Below, piece after piece: positions 19,199 through 28,728 of a stretch of DNA of 58,411 nucleotides (position 1 is its first letter; each line of letters opens with the position of its first letter). Origin of the DNA: Limnohabitans sp. (GTDB taxonomy: Bacteria > Pseudomonadota > Gammaproteobacteria > Burkholderiales > Burkholderiaceae_C); assembly GCA_018883305.1 (NCBI GenBank), contig VEQI01000001.1:1-58411 (forward strand), read 5' to 3'. The notes under the pieces are model-generated. The model saw only the letters and a list, made by a program, of their open reading frames with translations, was not told the DNA's origin and did no database searches. The position numbers were made by a program, and so were the translations under genes.

Positions 19199-20206
19199 AT
19201 GAGCGCCACTTCGTCACCGCTGCGCCTGCTGCTGTCTTCACAGGCGCTGCTGGCTTGGCGAACGCCCATTGAACAGGCGCTGGGTGAACAGGCCCACGAA
19301 TTGGTGTGCTTGGAAGACGCTGTGGCCCAGGCCCGCGACGACATCGACCTGGCCTTCATCTCGCGCGACATCACCGGCCTGTCCACCAAGCACGAGTTAG
19401 CCCCCGAGACACGTGCCTGCTATGACGTGATGCGTCGATCCGCTGGGTTGCAATGGGTCCACATTCACTCTGCCGGCGCTGATCGCCCCATCTTTCAGGA
19501 GCTGCGTGCGCGTGGCGTGAGCGTCACCACGTCTTCGGGTGCCAATGCCGAGGTGGTGGCGCAAAGCGCGTTGGCCGGTGTGCTGGCCCTGGCACGCCGC
19601 TTGCCGATGTTGTTCGATGCGCAACGGGCACATCGGTGGATGCCCCTGCTGGGCGAACACCTGCCGCGCGATCTGTCCGGCCAATGCGCCATGATCGTGG
19701 GTTGGGGCCCGATCGGTCAGCGCATCGGGGCCTTGCTGCACATGTTGGGACTGCAGGTCCAGGTGGTGCGTCAACGTGCCCATCAGACGTCTGAACAAGG
19801 CTTCACCATGATCGGGTTTGATCAGATGGCCGCCGCCCTGCCACAGGTTGACTGGCTGATTCTGGCCTGCCCGCTCACCGATCAAACGCGCGGACTCATC
19901 AACGCCCATGCCTTGTCTGCTTTGCCTCAGGGTGCTTGCCTGATCAATGTGTCACGCGGCGAGGTGGTGGTGGAGCCGGATCTTTGCACCGCCTTGCAAT
20001 CGGGCCATCTGGGCGGCGCCATGCTGGATGTGTTTGCGCATGAACCGCTGCCCGCTGATTCGCCGCTGTGGGACATGCCAAACGTCATCGTCACGCCCCA
20101 CTCTGCCGGTCACTCGGACGGCAACGAAACGCGCGTGGCCCATCAGTTTCTGGACAATTTGCGAGCCTGGTGCACGGGGCAAACTCTGCGCAATCGGGTG
20201 CGCTGA
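19199..20206 (+). CDS. D-2-hydroxyacid dehydrogenase family protein
   Basis: WVHIHSAGAD, GWGPIG, PLTDQT, NVSRG, DVFAHEPL and TPHSAG. Confidence 0.92.
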   Translation: MSATSSPLRLLLSSQALLAWRTPIEQALGEQAHELVCLEDAVAQARDDIDLAFISRDITGLSTKHELAPETRACYDVMRRSAGLQWVHIHSAGADRPIFQELRARGVSVTTSSGANAEVVAQSALAGVLALARRLPMLFDAQRAHRWMPLLGEHLPRDLSGQCAMIVGWGPIGQRIGALLHMLGLQVQVVRQRAHQTSEQGFTMIGFDQMAAALPQVDWLILACPLTDQTRGLINAHALSALPQGACLINVSRGEVVVEPDLCTALQSGHLGGAMLDVFAHEPLPADSPLWDMPNVIVTPHSAGHSDGNETRVAHQFLDNLRAWCTGQTLRNRVR

Positions 20207-20228
20207 TCATTCTTGGGAGACAAGCCAC

Positions 20229-21221
20229 ATGAGAACACACACCATCACATCCTTCCAGTCCAGCCGGTGGAGGCACATCCTGCTTGCATCACTGCTGACG
20301 CTGCTGGCACCGGCACTGTGGGCACAGAACTATCCCGAAAAACCGATCAAACTGGTGGTGTCTTTCACCGCCGGCGGCACCACCGACATTCTGGCGCGCG
20401 AGGTGGCCAACCAGCTCACCCAGCGTTGGGGCGTGTCGGTGGTGGTGGAAAACAAGCCCGGTGCTGCTGGCAACCTGGGCACCGAAATCGTGGGGCGTGC
20501 TGCACCCGATGGCTACACCCTGCTGGCCAACTCCTTTGGGCCCATCGCCATCAATCCCACGCTCTTCAAGAACCTGGCCGTCAATCCGCATACCGAACTG
20601 CAGCCCGTGGCCATGCTGGCGGAGGTGCCCACCGTGCTGGTGGTCCCCACCAGTCTGGGCATCCAGACCCTGGCCGACTTGCTCAAGTACGCCAAGGCGC
20701 ACCCGGACGAGATGAGCTATGGCTCCACGGGCATTGGCACCGCGGCCCACATGACCGGTTTTCTGTTCAGCCAACGTACCAGCATGAACGCGTTGCATGT
20801 GCCGTACAAAGGCGCTGAAGCCACGCGGGACCTAGTGGCTGGCCGTTTGCAGTTCATGTTTGCCACCGTGCCCTCGGTGGTTCCGCTCATCAAGGCCGGC
20901 CAGCTCAAGCCGCTGGCCATTTCCACCAAGATGCGCTCCCGCAGCCTGCCCGATGTCCCCACCCTGCGTGAACAAGGTGTGGACATGGCCACGGGGTCCT
21001 GGTTTGGTTTGTTCGTCCCCAAGGCCACGCCCGCGGCCATCGTGAACAAGCTGAATGACGCTGTCGTCAAAATTCTGGACGCGCCTCAGGTCAACAGCCG
21101 GCTGGTGGCCCAAGGTGCGGAGCCCGTTCCCATGAACGTGGACGAGTTCAGCCGCTTCGTGCGTCATGAATACGAGAGCTGGATTCCCATCGTGAAGGCC
21201 TCGGGCGCTCGGGCCGAGTGA
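20229..21221 (+). CDS. Bug/TctC substrate-binding protein
   Basis: YPEKPIKLVVSFTAGGTTD, ENKPGAAG, APDGYTLL and HVPYKG. Start at ATG 20229. Confidence 0.92.
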   Translation: MRTHTITSFQSSRWRHILLASLLTLLAPALWAQNYPEKPIKLVVSFTAGGTTDILAREVANQLTQRWGVSVVVENKPGAAGNLGTEIVGRAAPDGYTLLANSFGPIAINPTLFKNLAVNPHTELQPVAMLAEVPTVLVVPTSLGIQTLADLLKYAKAHPDEMSYGSTGIGTAAHMTGFLFSQRTSMNALHVPYKGAEATRDLVAGRLQFMFATVPSVVPLIKAGQLKPLAISTKMRSRSLPDVPTLREQGVDMATGSWFGLFVPKATPAAIVNKLNDAVVKILDAPQVNSRLVAQGAEPVPMNVDEFSRFVRHEYESWIPIVKASGARAE

Positions 21222-21229
21222 GTGCAGGC

Positions 21230-23314
21230 TCAGACCAACACCGCCACGCCATCCGCCGCCCGCACCCCTTGCCCTTGCGGCAGCACGAACAAGGGGTTGA
21301 TCTCCGCCTCGATCAGACGATCCCCGCATTGTGCCGCCAGGTGGGAAAACGCCACGATCGCGTCCACCAGGGCCTGCACATCGGCCCGGGGACGACCACG
21401 ATACCCATCCAGCAGCGGCCAGGTCTTGAGCTCTCTTGCCATCGACAGGGCCTCCTCGCGGCTAAGCCCGCCCTGCGCGGGCAGCAATCGCAGGCAAGTG
21501 TCCTGGAACAGTTCGGCCGTGACACCGCCCATGCCCAGCAAGATCGCCGTGCCCAATGCATCTCGATGCAAGCCCAGAATCAACTCTGTGCCACCGCTCA
21601 CCATTTCCTGTACCAGATAGCGATTCGGCGCGGCACCCGTGGCCGCCTGCACGGCATCGGCCATCTGCTGCATGCGGCGTGGCAATTCCTCCACACGCAC
21701 ACCCACGGCCACACCACCCACATCGCTCTTGTGGGTGATTTCGGAAGACAGCATCTTCAACACCACCCGTTCACCCAGCGCGCTGGCAGCCGCTTGTGCC
21801 TCTTCAGCGGTGCTCACCACGCGTTCTTGCACGCCAGGAATGCCGTGTTGTGCAAACCATTGCTTGGCCTGGGCCTCATCCAGTGAACCGCTGGGCAACG
21901 CAACGCTTGCTGCTGTTGTTCTGGATGACGGCTCATCCTGCGGCGCACGAAACTCACGCGCATGACGCATGGCGTTGAACGCGGCGGCACAGCTTTCAGC
22001 CGCAAAATACGCCGGCACACCACGCTGGGTGAGCAGGCGAGCCACCTCGGGCGCATGCGGACTGACATAGGCGAACACCGGTTTGTCCGAAGCGGGCAGG
22101 CAGTCCTGCAGCGCACCTGCCATCAGCTCGGGTTGCGCAAGACCCGATGAGCCAACGATGATAGTCAAGGCATCGTAGGTCGGACTGGCCAATAACGTTT
22201 TGATGGCGCCACGCAACAAGTCAGGGCGCAGGCCCGCCAGCGTGACATCGATGGGGTTGCGGTCCAGCACGGCTTCGGTGCCACTGTTAAGGGCACGCAA
22301 GGCGGCAGCGGTGGCCGCATCTGGCGCAGGCGTCTCAAACGATGCCAGCCCCAACTCGTCCGATACCAGGGTGCCCGCGCCGCCGGTGGAGGTGAGGATG
22401 GCCACACGGTTGCCGTGCAGCCGCCGCCCCGTGGCCAGTGCGGCTGGCACATCCAGCAAATCGGAGAAGTGCTGCACACGAATCACACCCAGTTGCCGAA
22501 ACAAGGCGTCATACATGCGGTCCGAACCTGCCATGGCCCCCGTGTGCGAGACTGCGGCACGTGCGCCCGCCTCGGAACGCCCAATCTTGAACGCCACCAC
22601 CGGCTTGCCGGCCCGTGCGGCCTTGAGGCAGGCCGCACGAAACTTCTCGGGCTGACGCACGCTTTCGATGTAGAGGGCGATGACCGACGTGGCAGGATCA
22701 TCCACCAGATGATCGATGAAATCGGCCAACCCCAGATCCACTTCGTTGCTGGTGGAGATCAGCTTGGATAGACCAATGCCGCGCGCCGCCGCGCGTGAGA
22801 GCACCGATCCCAGAATGCCACCGCTTTGTGACACCACTCCGATCGAACCCACCGGAAAATGGTCCATCTCCAAGGCACCTGAGGGTGACAGCACGATGTT
22901 GTCGGTCAAGTTGACCAACCCGATGGTGTTGGGGCCCAACAAACGCATGCCCCCCGCGGCCTCCACCAGCCGCTGCTGTCGTTGCCCACCTTCCTCCCCG
23001 GTTTCCGAGTACCCACTGGCCAACACAATGGCCGCTCCACACCCCTGTGCTGCGAGTTCACGCACCGCTTGTTCAGCACGTTCGGCCCCCAGCAGCACCA
23101 TGGCCACATCGGGGACCACCGGGAGTGAGGCGATGTCGGGATAGCAGGTCCATGCCCCAATGCGATCCACCTTGGGGTTGACGGGATAAATGCGTCCGGC
23201 GTAACCGTGCTTGTCCAGATAGGCAATCGGCCGTCCGGCGGTTTTGCCTGGATCGGCCGAGGCGCCGATGACCGCCACGCTGGCGGGACGAAGCATTCGG
23301 GCAATGGCGTCCAT
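21230..23314 (-). CDS. ADP-forming acyl-CoA synthetase (acetate-CoA ligase family, fused alpha/beta)
   Basis: PASVAVIGAS, YPVNP, GPNTIG, SQSGG, SHTGA (phospho-His), NPIDV, HKSDVGGV and EINPL. Confidence 0.93.
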   Translation of the reverse strand: MDAIARMLRPASVAVIGASADPGKTAGRPIAYLDKHGYAGRIYPVNPKVDRIGAWTCYPDIASLPVVPDVAMVLLGAERAEQAVRELAAQGCGAAIVLASGYSETGEEGGQRQQRLVEAAGGMRLLGPNTIGLVNLTDNIVLSPSGALEMDHFPVGSIGVVSQSGGILGSVLSRAAARGIGLSKLISTSNEVDLGLADFIDHLVDDPATSVIALYIESVRQPEKFRAACLKAARAGKPVVAFKIGRSEAGARAAVSHTGAMAGSDRMYDALFRQLGVIRVQHFSDLLDVPAALATGRRLHGNRVAILTSTGGAGTLVSDELGLASFETPAPDAATAAALRALNSGTEAVLDRNPIDVTLAGLRPDLLRGAIKTLLASPTYDALTIIVGSSGLAQPELMAGALQDCLPASDKPVFAYVSPHAPEVARLLTQRGVPAYFAAESCAAAFNAMRHAREFRAPQDEPSSRTTAASVALPSGSLDEAQAKQWFAQHGIPGVQERVVSTAEEAQAAASALGERVVLKMLSSEITHKSDVGGVAVGVRVEELPRRMQQMADAVQAATGAAPNRYLVQEMVSGGTELILGLHRDALGTAILLGMGGVTAELFQDTCLRLLPAQGGLSREEALSMARELKTWPLLDGYRGRPRADVQALVDAIVAFSHLAAQCGDRLIEAEINPLFVLPQGQGVRAADGVAVLV

Positions 23315-23326
23315 GTCGGTTTTCCC

Positions 23327-24112
23327 TCAACCGGCCGACTTGGCCAGAAACGCCTCCACCGCGGCACGGTGCTCGCTGCTGGTGTAGCAAATGCCCTGGG
23401 CCTGACTGCCCTGGGCAAACACATCGTGCGAGGTCAATTCAAAGCTTTGATTGAGAATGGTTTTGCTCAAGGCGAGCGCTGTGGAGGATGCTCGACTCAG
23501 CTCCGTCGCCCAGGCCCGCGCCTGGTCCAGCAACACATCGGCACCCACCTGGCGGTCCACGATGCCCAGCGACAGGGCTTCATCCACCTCCACCTTGCGG
23601 CCACTGAAGATGAGTTGCTTGGCCATCGACAGCCCGACACGGCGCGGCAGGAAATACATGCCGCCGCCATCCGGAATGATGCCGCGCTGGATGTAAGACC
23701 AGGTGAAGCTGGCCCATTCACTGGCGATGATGAAGTCACAAGCCAGCGCCGTGTCCGCGCCCAGCCCGGAGGCCGCGCCGTTGACCGCCGCAATGACCGG
23801 CTTGGGGCAAGTGTGCAGCAGTGACTGCGCATGGTGCACACGCTGCTGACGATGCCAGCCATTGAAGCCCACCTCACCAGCGGGCGCGTTCATGCGCTGC
23901 TTCATGCCACTGATATCGCCGCCCGCACAAAACCCCTTGCCCGCGCCCGTCAGCACCAGGGCCTTGATGGCCTTGTCCGCGGTGATGTGTTCCAGCGCGT
24001 GGATGAATTCGGTGCGCATGCCATCGCTCATGGCGTTGCGTTTGTCGGGTCGGTTAAGGGTCAGCGTGGCAATGCCCTGCTCCACCTGAAGTTCGATCAA
24101 TGAATAGTCCAT
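23327..24112 (-). CDS. Enoyl-CoA hydratase/isomerase (crotonase) family protein
   Basis: LNRPDKRNA, FCAGGD, KPVIAAVNG, ALACD and GIIPDGG. Start at ATG 24112. Confidence 0.93.
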   Translation of the reverse strand: MDYSLIELQVEQGIATLTLNRPDKRNAMSDGMRTEFIHALEHITADKAIKALVLTGAGKGFCAGGDISGMKQRMNAPAGEVGFNGWHRQQRVHHAQSLLHTCPKPVIAAVNGAASGLGADTALACDFIIASEWASFTWSYIQRGIIPDGGGMYFLPRRVGLSMAKQLIFSGRKVEVDEALSLGIVDRQVGADVLLDQARAWATELSRASSTALALSKTILNQSFELTSHDVFAQGSQAQGICYTSSEHRAAVEAFLAKSAG

Positions 24113-24126
24113 GGGTGTGTCAGCGT

Positions 24127-25155
24127 TCAATCGGGTTTGATGTGGTTGTCTTTGACGATACGGCGCCAGCGCGCCTCCTCGCGGCGGATATAAGCGTCCA
24201 GCTCGGCGGGAGATCCGGCGTCCACCACCAGGCCTTCGGGCTCCAGCTTGCGTTTGAATTCGGGCGTCTGCGTGGCTTGCACCATCGCGGCGTGCAGACG
24301 GGCAATCACCTCGGGTGGCGTGCCCGCTGGTGCCAACAGACCATACCAGCTCTCCACGCTGTATCCTGGCACCCATTCAGCGACAGTGGGCACTTGTGGC
24401 AAAGCGGCTGAGCGTTCACTGGAAGTCACTGCCAGGGCGCGCAACCGGCCACTGGCGATGTGAGGTGCCACAGCTGCGGCGGTCGCAAACATCATGTCGA
24501 CTTGCCCACCGAGCAGATCGCTCATCGCCGGCCCGGCCCCCCGATAGGGAATATGCGTCATGCGGACCCGCGCCAGGTTGTCAAACATTTCGCCGGCCAG
24601 ATGCGCGGACGTGCCGTTGCCCTGGGAGGCATACGACAGTTTGCCCGGCTGTGCACGCGCCAGGTCCAGCACATCGCGCAAGCTTTTGAGTGCGCTGTCC
24701 GAACGAACCACCAGCACATTGGGGCCACGGGCCACCATGCCCACGGCGGCAAAAGCACGTTCGGTGTCAAAAGGCAACTTGGCCACCAGGCTGGGGTTGA
24801 CGGCATGGGCAAAGGTGGCCATCACCAGCACATAGCCATCCGGTGCGCTCTTGGCCACAAAATCCGACCCGATCACCGTGCCCGCACCCGGCTTGTTTTC
24901 CACCACCACGGACTGTCCCAGTCCTTGCGCCATGCCCACGGCCAGCGCACGCGTGATGCTGTCCGTGCCCCCTCCGGGTGAGAAGGGCACCACCAGCTTG
25001 AGCGGACGGTCCGGGAAAGCCGCCCAAGCGCCGGGCACCAGCAGCACCGTCATCAGGCAGACCGACAAGCCGAGCAAGACCCAAGACCGACACGCCGTCC
25101 ACCAAGCATGCGTCTTGGTCGCGTCAAATCCGCGAATCGTGTGAGCAACAGTCAC
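24127..25155 (-). CDS. Bug/TctC substrate-binding protein (start uncertain)
   Basis: FPDRPLKLVVPFSPGGGTD, ENKPGAG, APDGY, SQGNGTSAHL and YRG. Confidence 0.9.
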   Translation of the reverse strand: MTVAHTIRGFDATKTHAWWTACRSWVLLGLSVCLMTVLLVPGAWAAFPDRPLKLVVPFSPGGGTDSITRALAVGMAQGLGQSVVVENKPGAGTVIGSDFVAKSAPDGYVLVMATFAHAVNPSLVAKLPFDTERAFAAVGMVARGPNVLVVRSDSALKSLRDVLDLARAQPGKLSYASQGNGTSAHLAGEMFDNLARVRMTHIPYRGAGPAMSDLLGGQVDMMFATAAAVAPHIASGRLRALAVTSSERSAALPQVPTVAEWVPGYSVESWYGLLAPAGTPPEVIARLHAAMVQATQTPEFKRKLEPEGLVVDAGSPAELDAYIRREEARWRRIVKDNHIKPD

Positions 25156-25282
25156 GTGGGTGCCTTGAAGGGTCGTGTCAACAGGTGCAGAGTCTAGCCA
25201 ACCCGCTTTAAACTGCCCTGTCACGCACGGGCAAGTCCACTGGGCCCCGTTCACTGTCACCATCCTGGAGCGTCGCACCCCC

Positions 25283-26746
25283 ATGAGCATGACCTCACGT
25301 CGCCAATGGCTGGCCTTGTCCAGCGCGCCCCTGTGGGGCGGCTTGTGCACCCCGTTGCTAGCAGCCACGGCACCCACCGCCGTGATCAGCCCTCACATGA
25401 CCCGGCTGAGTGACTACATGGCGCAAGCACCGCTCGCCACCTTGCCCACCGAAGTGGCCGAGCAAGCCAAGCACCATCTGCTGGACACATTGGCCTCCAT
25501 GGTGTCTGGGGCAGAACTGGAGCCCGGCCAAGCGGCCCGTCGATTTGCATCCTTGCATGCAGGCCAGGGCCGTGTGCCCATCATTGGCATGAAAGGACTT
25601 TTTTCGGCGGGCGATGCCGCGCTGGTTCACGGCATGATGGCTCATGCGGACGAAACCGATGATTCGCACAACCGGTCCCGCACGCATCCCGGCTGCGCGG
25701 TGGTGCCGGCCGCGCTGGCCGTAGCCCAGGCCCTGGGTTGCGACGGTGCCCGTCTGCTGCAATCTGTGGCGCTGGGCTACGACATCGGGACACGCATCGT
25801 CATGGCCATGGGAGGCTTTGATCTCAGCTACAAGAGCAGCCTGGCCACCCACAGCATCGGGGGCAATTTCTGCGCTGCGGCTGCAGCGGCCGGGGTGGCT
25901 GGCCTGAACGCCCAGCAGATGCGTTGGGTGCTCGATTACGCCTCACAACAATCGTCAGGCATCCTGGCGTGGCGGCGTGACACGGACCACATTGAAAAGT
26001 CCTTTGTGTTTGGGGGCATGCCCGCTCGCAACGGCGTGCTGTCAGCCCTGGGGGTGCACGCGGGCTGGAATGGCGTGACCGATATCTTCAGCGGACAAGA
26101 CAATTTCTTTCAGGCCTATGCGCCCCAAGCCCGCCTGGAATTGTTGACGCAGGCACTTGAAACACGCTTTGAGATCGTGCACACCGATTTGAAAAAATGG
26201 ACCGTGGGCTCCCCCATCCAGGGACCACTGGACGCCATCGAGTTGCTGCAACAACGCCACGATTTCACAACCGATCAGATCCACCAGGTGACCGTGCGTC
26301 TGGCGCCTTCCGTGGCCGCGGTGGTGGACAACCGCGACATGCCGGACATTTGCCTGCAACACATGGTGGCGGTGATGCTGATGGATCGCACCGCCTCGTT
26401 CAAGGCGGCCCATGACAAGGCCCGCATGAGCGACCCCGCCACCCTGCGTCAGCGTGCCAAGGTGCAACTGGTGCGCGACGAAGCCCTGGTGCCCGCACTG
26501 CCGGTTAGAGTCGCGGTGGTGGAGATTGAATTGGCCGACGGACGAACCCTCCGCGAACGGGTGTCGGCGGTACGTGGCACGCCTCGCAACCCGATGTCGC
26601 GCCAGGAAGTCGTTGCCAAGGCCCGCGATTTGATGGCGCCCGTGCTGGGTGCGTCCTCCGCGCAGTCGCTGATCGACTCGGTCTATCGCATCGAATCCGT
26701 GCCGGATGTGAGGGTCTGGAACGCGTGGTTGTCGGTGCCTGGCTGA
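25283..26746 (+). CDS. MmgE/PrpD family protein with Tat-like leader
   Basis: LLDTLAS..SG, HADETDDSH..THPG, GYDIG, GGMPARNG and RGTPRNPM. N-terminal SRRQWL plus a hydrophobic stretch. Confidence 0.9.
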   Translation: MSMTSRRQWLALSSAPLWGGLCTPLLAATAPTAVISPHMTRLSDYMAQAPLATLPTEVAEQAKHHLLDTLASMVSGAELEPGQAARRFASLHAGQGRVPIIGMKGLFSAGDAALVHGMMAHADETDDSHNRSRTHPGCAVVPAALAVAQALGCDGARLLQSVALGYDIGTRIVMAMGGFDLSYKSSLATHSIGGNFCAAAAAAGVAGLNAQQMRWVLDYASQQSSGILAWRRDTDHIEKSFVFGGMPARNGVLSALGVHAGWNGVTDIFSGQDNFFQAYAPQARLELLTQALETRFEIVHTDLKKWTVGSPIQGPLDAIELLQQRHDFTTDQIHQVTVRLAPSVAAVVDNRDMPDICLQHMVAVMLMDRTASFKAAHDKARMSDPATLRQRAKVQLVRDEALVPALPVRVAVVEIELADGRTLRERVSAVRGTPRNPMSRQEVVAKARDLMAPVLGASSAQSLIDSVYRIESVPDVRVWNAWLSVPG

Positions 26747-26766
26747 GATCCGGGTTGACACAAAAT

Positions 26767-26786
26767 CTGATGGCGCCATCGCAAAG
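26767..26786 (+). promoter_or_regulatory. Shared motif of the Rieske island, copy 1
   Basis: CTGATGGCGCCATCGCAAAG, 17/20 identical to 28668-28687, with palindromic core GATGGCGCCATC. Confidence 0.6.
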
Positions 26787-26867
26787 ATTTGTTTTGTCAG
26801 CCGCGATCGCGTTCCTACACTCCCAACGAATGCTTGCCGCACGGCAAGTGGACCGATGGGAGACTTC

Positions 26868-27617
26868 ATGCGATTGGCGGGCAGGCGAATACTCATCACG
26901 GGGGGTGGTTCCGGCATTGGCCTGGCCACGGCAGAGCGCTTTGTCACTGAAGGCGCTCAAGTGGCCATCCTGGACCGCTCTCCACAGTCCTTGGCACGCG
27001 TGAAAAATGCGCTGCCGGGTGTCGTTGCCCTGGCATGCGACGTCAGCCAGGAGGCCGATGTCCAACAGGCGGTGCCATTGGCTGCAGCACACCTGCAAGG
27101 GCTCGACGGTGTCTGCAATGTGGCGGGCATCGGCACGCGCAAAAGTTTCGACGACACCACCGCCGAGATCATGATGACGGACATTGCCGTCAACCTGATG
27201 GGGCCCTTTCACGTCTCCAAAGCCGCCTTGCCCTTCTTGCGGGCGGCCGGTGGAGGCACCATCGTCAATGTGGCTTCGGGTCTGGCCTTGCGCCCCACGG
27301 AAGGTCGCACTGCCTACGGCGCCTCCAAGGGCGGACTGATCACCATGACCAAGGCCATGGCCATTGACCTGGCCAAAGACCAGATTCGGGTCAACGTGGT
27401 CTGTCCTGGCCTGATCGACACACCGTTGGTGAAGGACGCCAGTCATGGCGCCACCTTCACCCCTGCGCAGTTTGAGAAATTGATGGATCGCCGCATCCTG
27501 CGTCGGATGGGGCAGGCCGAGGAAATTGCCCAAGCCATTTTGTATCTCACCAGTCATGAGTCCTCCTTCGTCACCGCCACCACGCTGGCGGTGGATGGTG
27601 GTGGCTCCATGCACTGA
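26868..27617 (+). CDS. SDR family oxidoreductase
   Basis: TGGGSGIG, NVAG, YGASK and VDGG. GGGAG RBS before ATG 26868. Confidence 0.93.
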   Translation: MRLAGRRILITGGGSGIGLATAERFVTEGAQVAILDRSPQSLARVKNALPGVVALACDVSQEADVQQAVPLAAAHLQGLDGVCNVAGIGTRKSFDDTTAEIMMTDIAVNLMGPFHVSKAALPFLRAAGGGTIVNVASGLALRPTEGRTAYGASKGGLITMTKAMAIDLAKDQIRVNVVCPGLIDTPLVKDASHGATFTPAQFEKLMDRRILRRMGQAEEIAQAILYLTSHESSFVTATTLAVDGGGSMH

Positions 27618-27648
27618 ACGTTTGAACACCCCACGCTGAGAGGTCTGC

Positions 27649-28635
27649 ATGTGTGCTTTGTCTCGTCGCACCTGGTTGAAAGCCGCGTCCACCACGGCCG
27701 CCTCGGTAGCCGTGCCAGCCGCTGTGTTGGCACAGACCCGATTTCCCACTAAACCCATTCGTCTGATCATTGGTTTTCCGGCGGGTGGCATCACAGACAT
27801 CGTGATGCGCACGGCGGCTGTGGAAGCTGAGAAGAAACTGGGACAAGCGGTGGTGGTGGAAAACCGCCCCGGTGCAGCAGGTGTGCCCGCGTATCTGGCC
27901 ATGAAGGCTGCAGCGCCGGATGGGCATGTGATTGGTGGCGTGAACCCGGCTTTGTGGCGTCAACCCGTGTTTGAAAACGTGGCGTATGACCCCCTCAAGG
28001 ATTTCACCTACATCCTGAACATGGTCGACAACATCTTCGCCGTGGTGGTCGCGGCAGACTCACCGTTCAAAACTTGGGCAGATTTGCTGGCTTATGGTCG
28101 GGCCACGCCGCAAAAAGTGTCGTATGGCGCGCCTCCTGGACTGGGTCAGAGCGCGCACGTCTTCATGGAAGAGGTGACCAGCGTGGAAAAGGTGCAGTGG
28201 CAGCCCATTGGCTACAAGGGCAGCAGCGAGAGTGTCACGGCCTTGCTGGGTGGCCATATCACCTTTGCCGTGGACACAGTGATCAGCACCAGCGCCCATG
28301 TCCGCTCTGGCAAAGCCCGTTACCTGGCGGTGGCATCCAACCAGCGCATGAAGAGCTGGCCCGGTGTGCCCACCATGAAAGACCTGGGTTACCAGATTGC
28401 CATTGACAGCCCCATCGGACTGGGTGGCCCGGCAGGCATTCCTCCAGACGTGGTGCGCGTGCTCCACGACGCCTTCAAGTTTGCCATCGAGCAACCCGCC
28501 TTCATCGCCTTGCTTGACCGCTCCGACCAGTCTCCACGCTACATGGATACGGCCCAATTCAACGAATTTGTCCAGCGATCCACCGTTGAGCAGCGGGCTC
28601 TGCTGATCAAATATGGCATGGACAGCAAGCGGTAA
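27649..28635 (+). CDS. Bug/TctC substrate-binding protein (Tat-like leader)
   Basis: SRRTWLK leader, FPTKPIRLIIGFPAGGITD, ENRPGAAG and YKG. Confidence 0.92.
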   Translation: MCALSRRTWLKAASTTAASVAVPAAVLAQTRFPTKPIRLIIGFPAGGITDIVMRTAAVEAEKKLGQAVVVENRPGAAGVPAYLAMKAAAPDGHVIGGVNPALWRQPVFENVAYDPLKDFTYILNMVDNIFAVVVAADSPFKTWADLLAYGRATPQKVSYGAPPGLGQSAHVFMEEVTSVEKVQWQPIGYKGSSESVTALLGGHITFAVDTVISTSAHVRSGKARYLAVASNQRMKSWPGVPTMKDLGYQIAIDSPIGLGGPAGIPPDVVRVLHDAFKFAIEQPAFIALLDRSDQSPRYMDTAQFNEFVQRSTVEQRALLIKYGMDSKR

Positions 28636-28667
28636 GTGCAGAGATAAGTGCAGCGATCCAAGAATTG

Positions 28668-28687
28668 CTGATGGCATCATCACAAAG
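28668..28687 (+). promoter_or_regulatory. Shared motif of the Rieske island, copy 2
   Basis: CTGATGGCATCATCACAAAG upstream of the hemerythrin-reductase-Rieske operon. Confidence 0.6.
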
Positions 28688-28728
28688 TATTGGTGGATTG
28701 CCAGACGTCCCCCCTCTACAGTTGGCAC

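Noticed and set aside
19947-20228. Long N-terminal extensions in the ORF track (e.g. 19947, 28947, 39034, 2970, 7960, 24376) suggesting fusions or frameshifts
   Set aside because: These are upstream in-frame runs overlapping neighbouring genes. Better starts with RBSs or stop/start coupling exist downstream.
26505-27902. 465-aa minus-strand ORF
   Set aside because: It overlaps three well-supported plus-strand genes and has no motifs.
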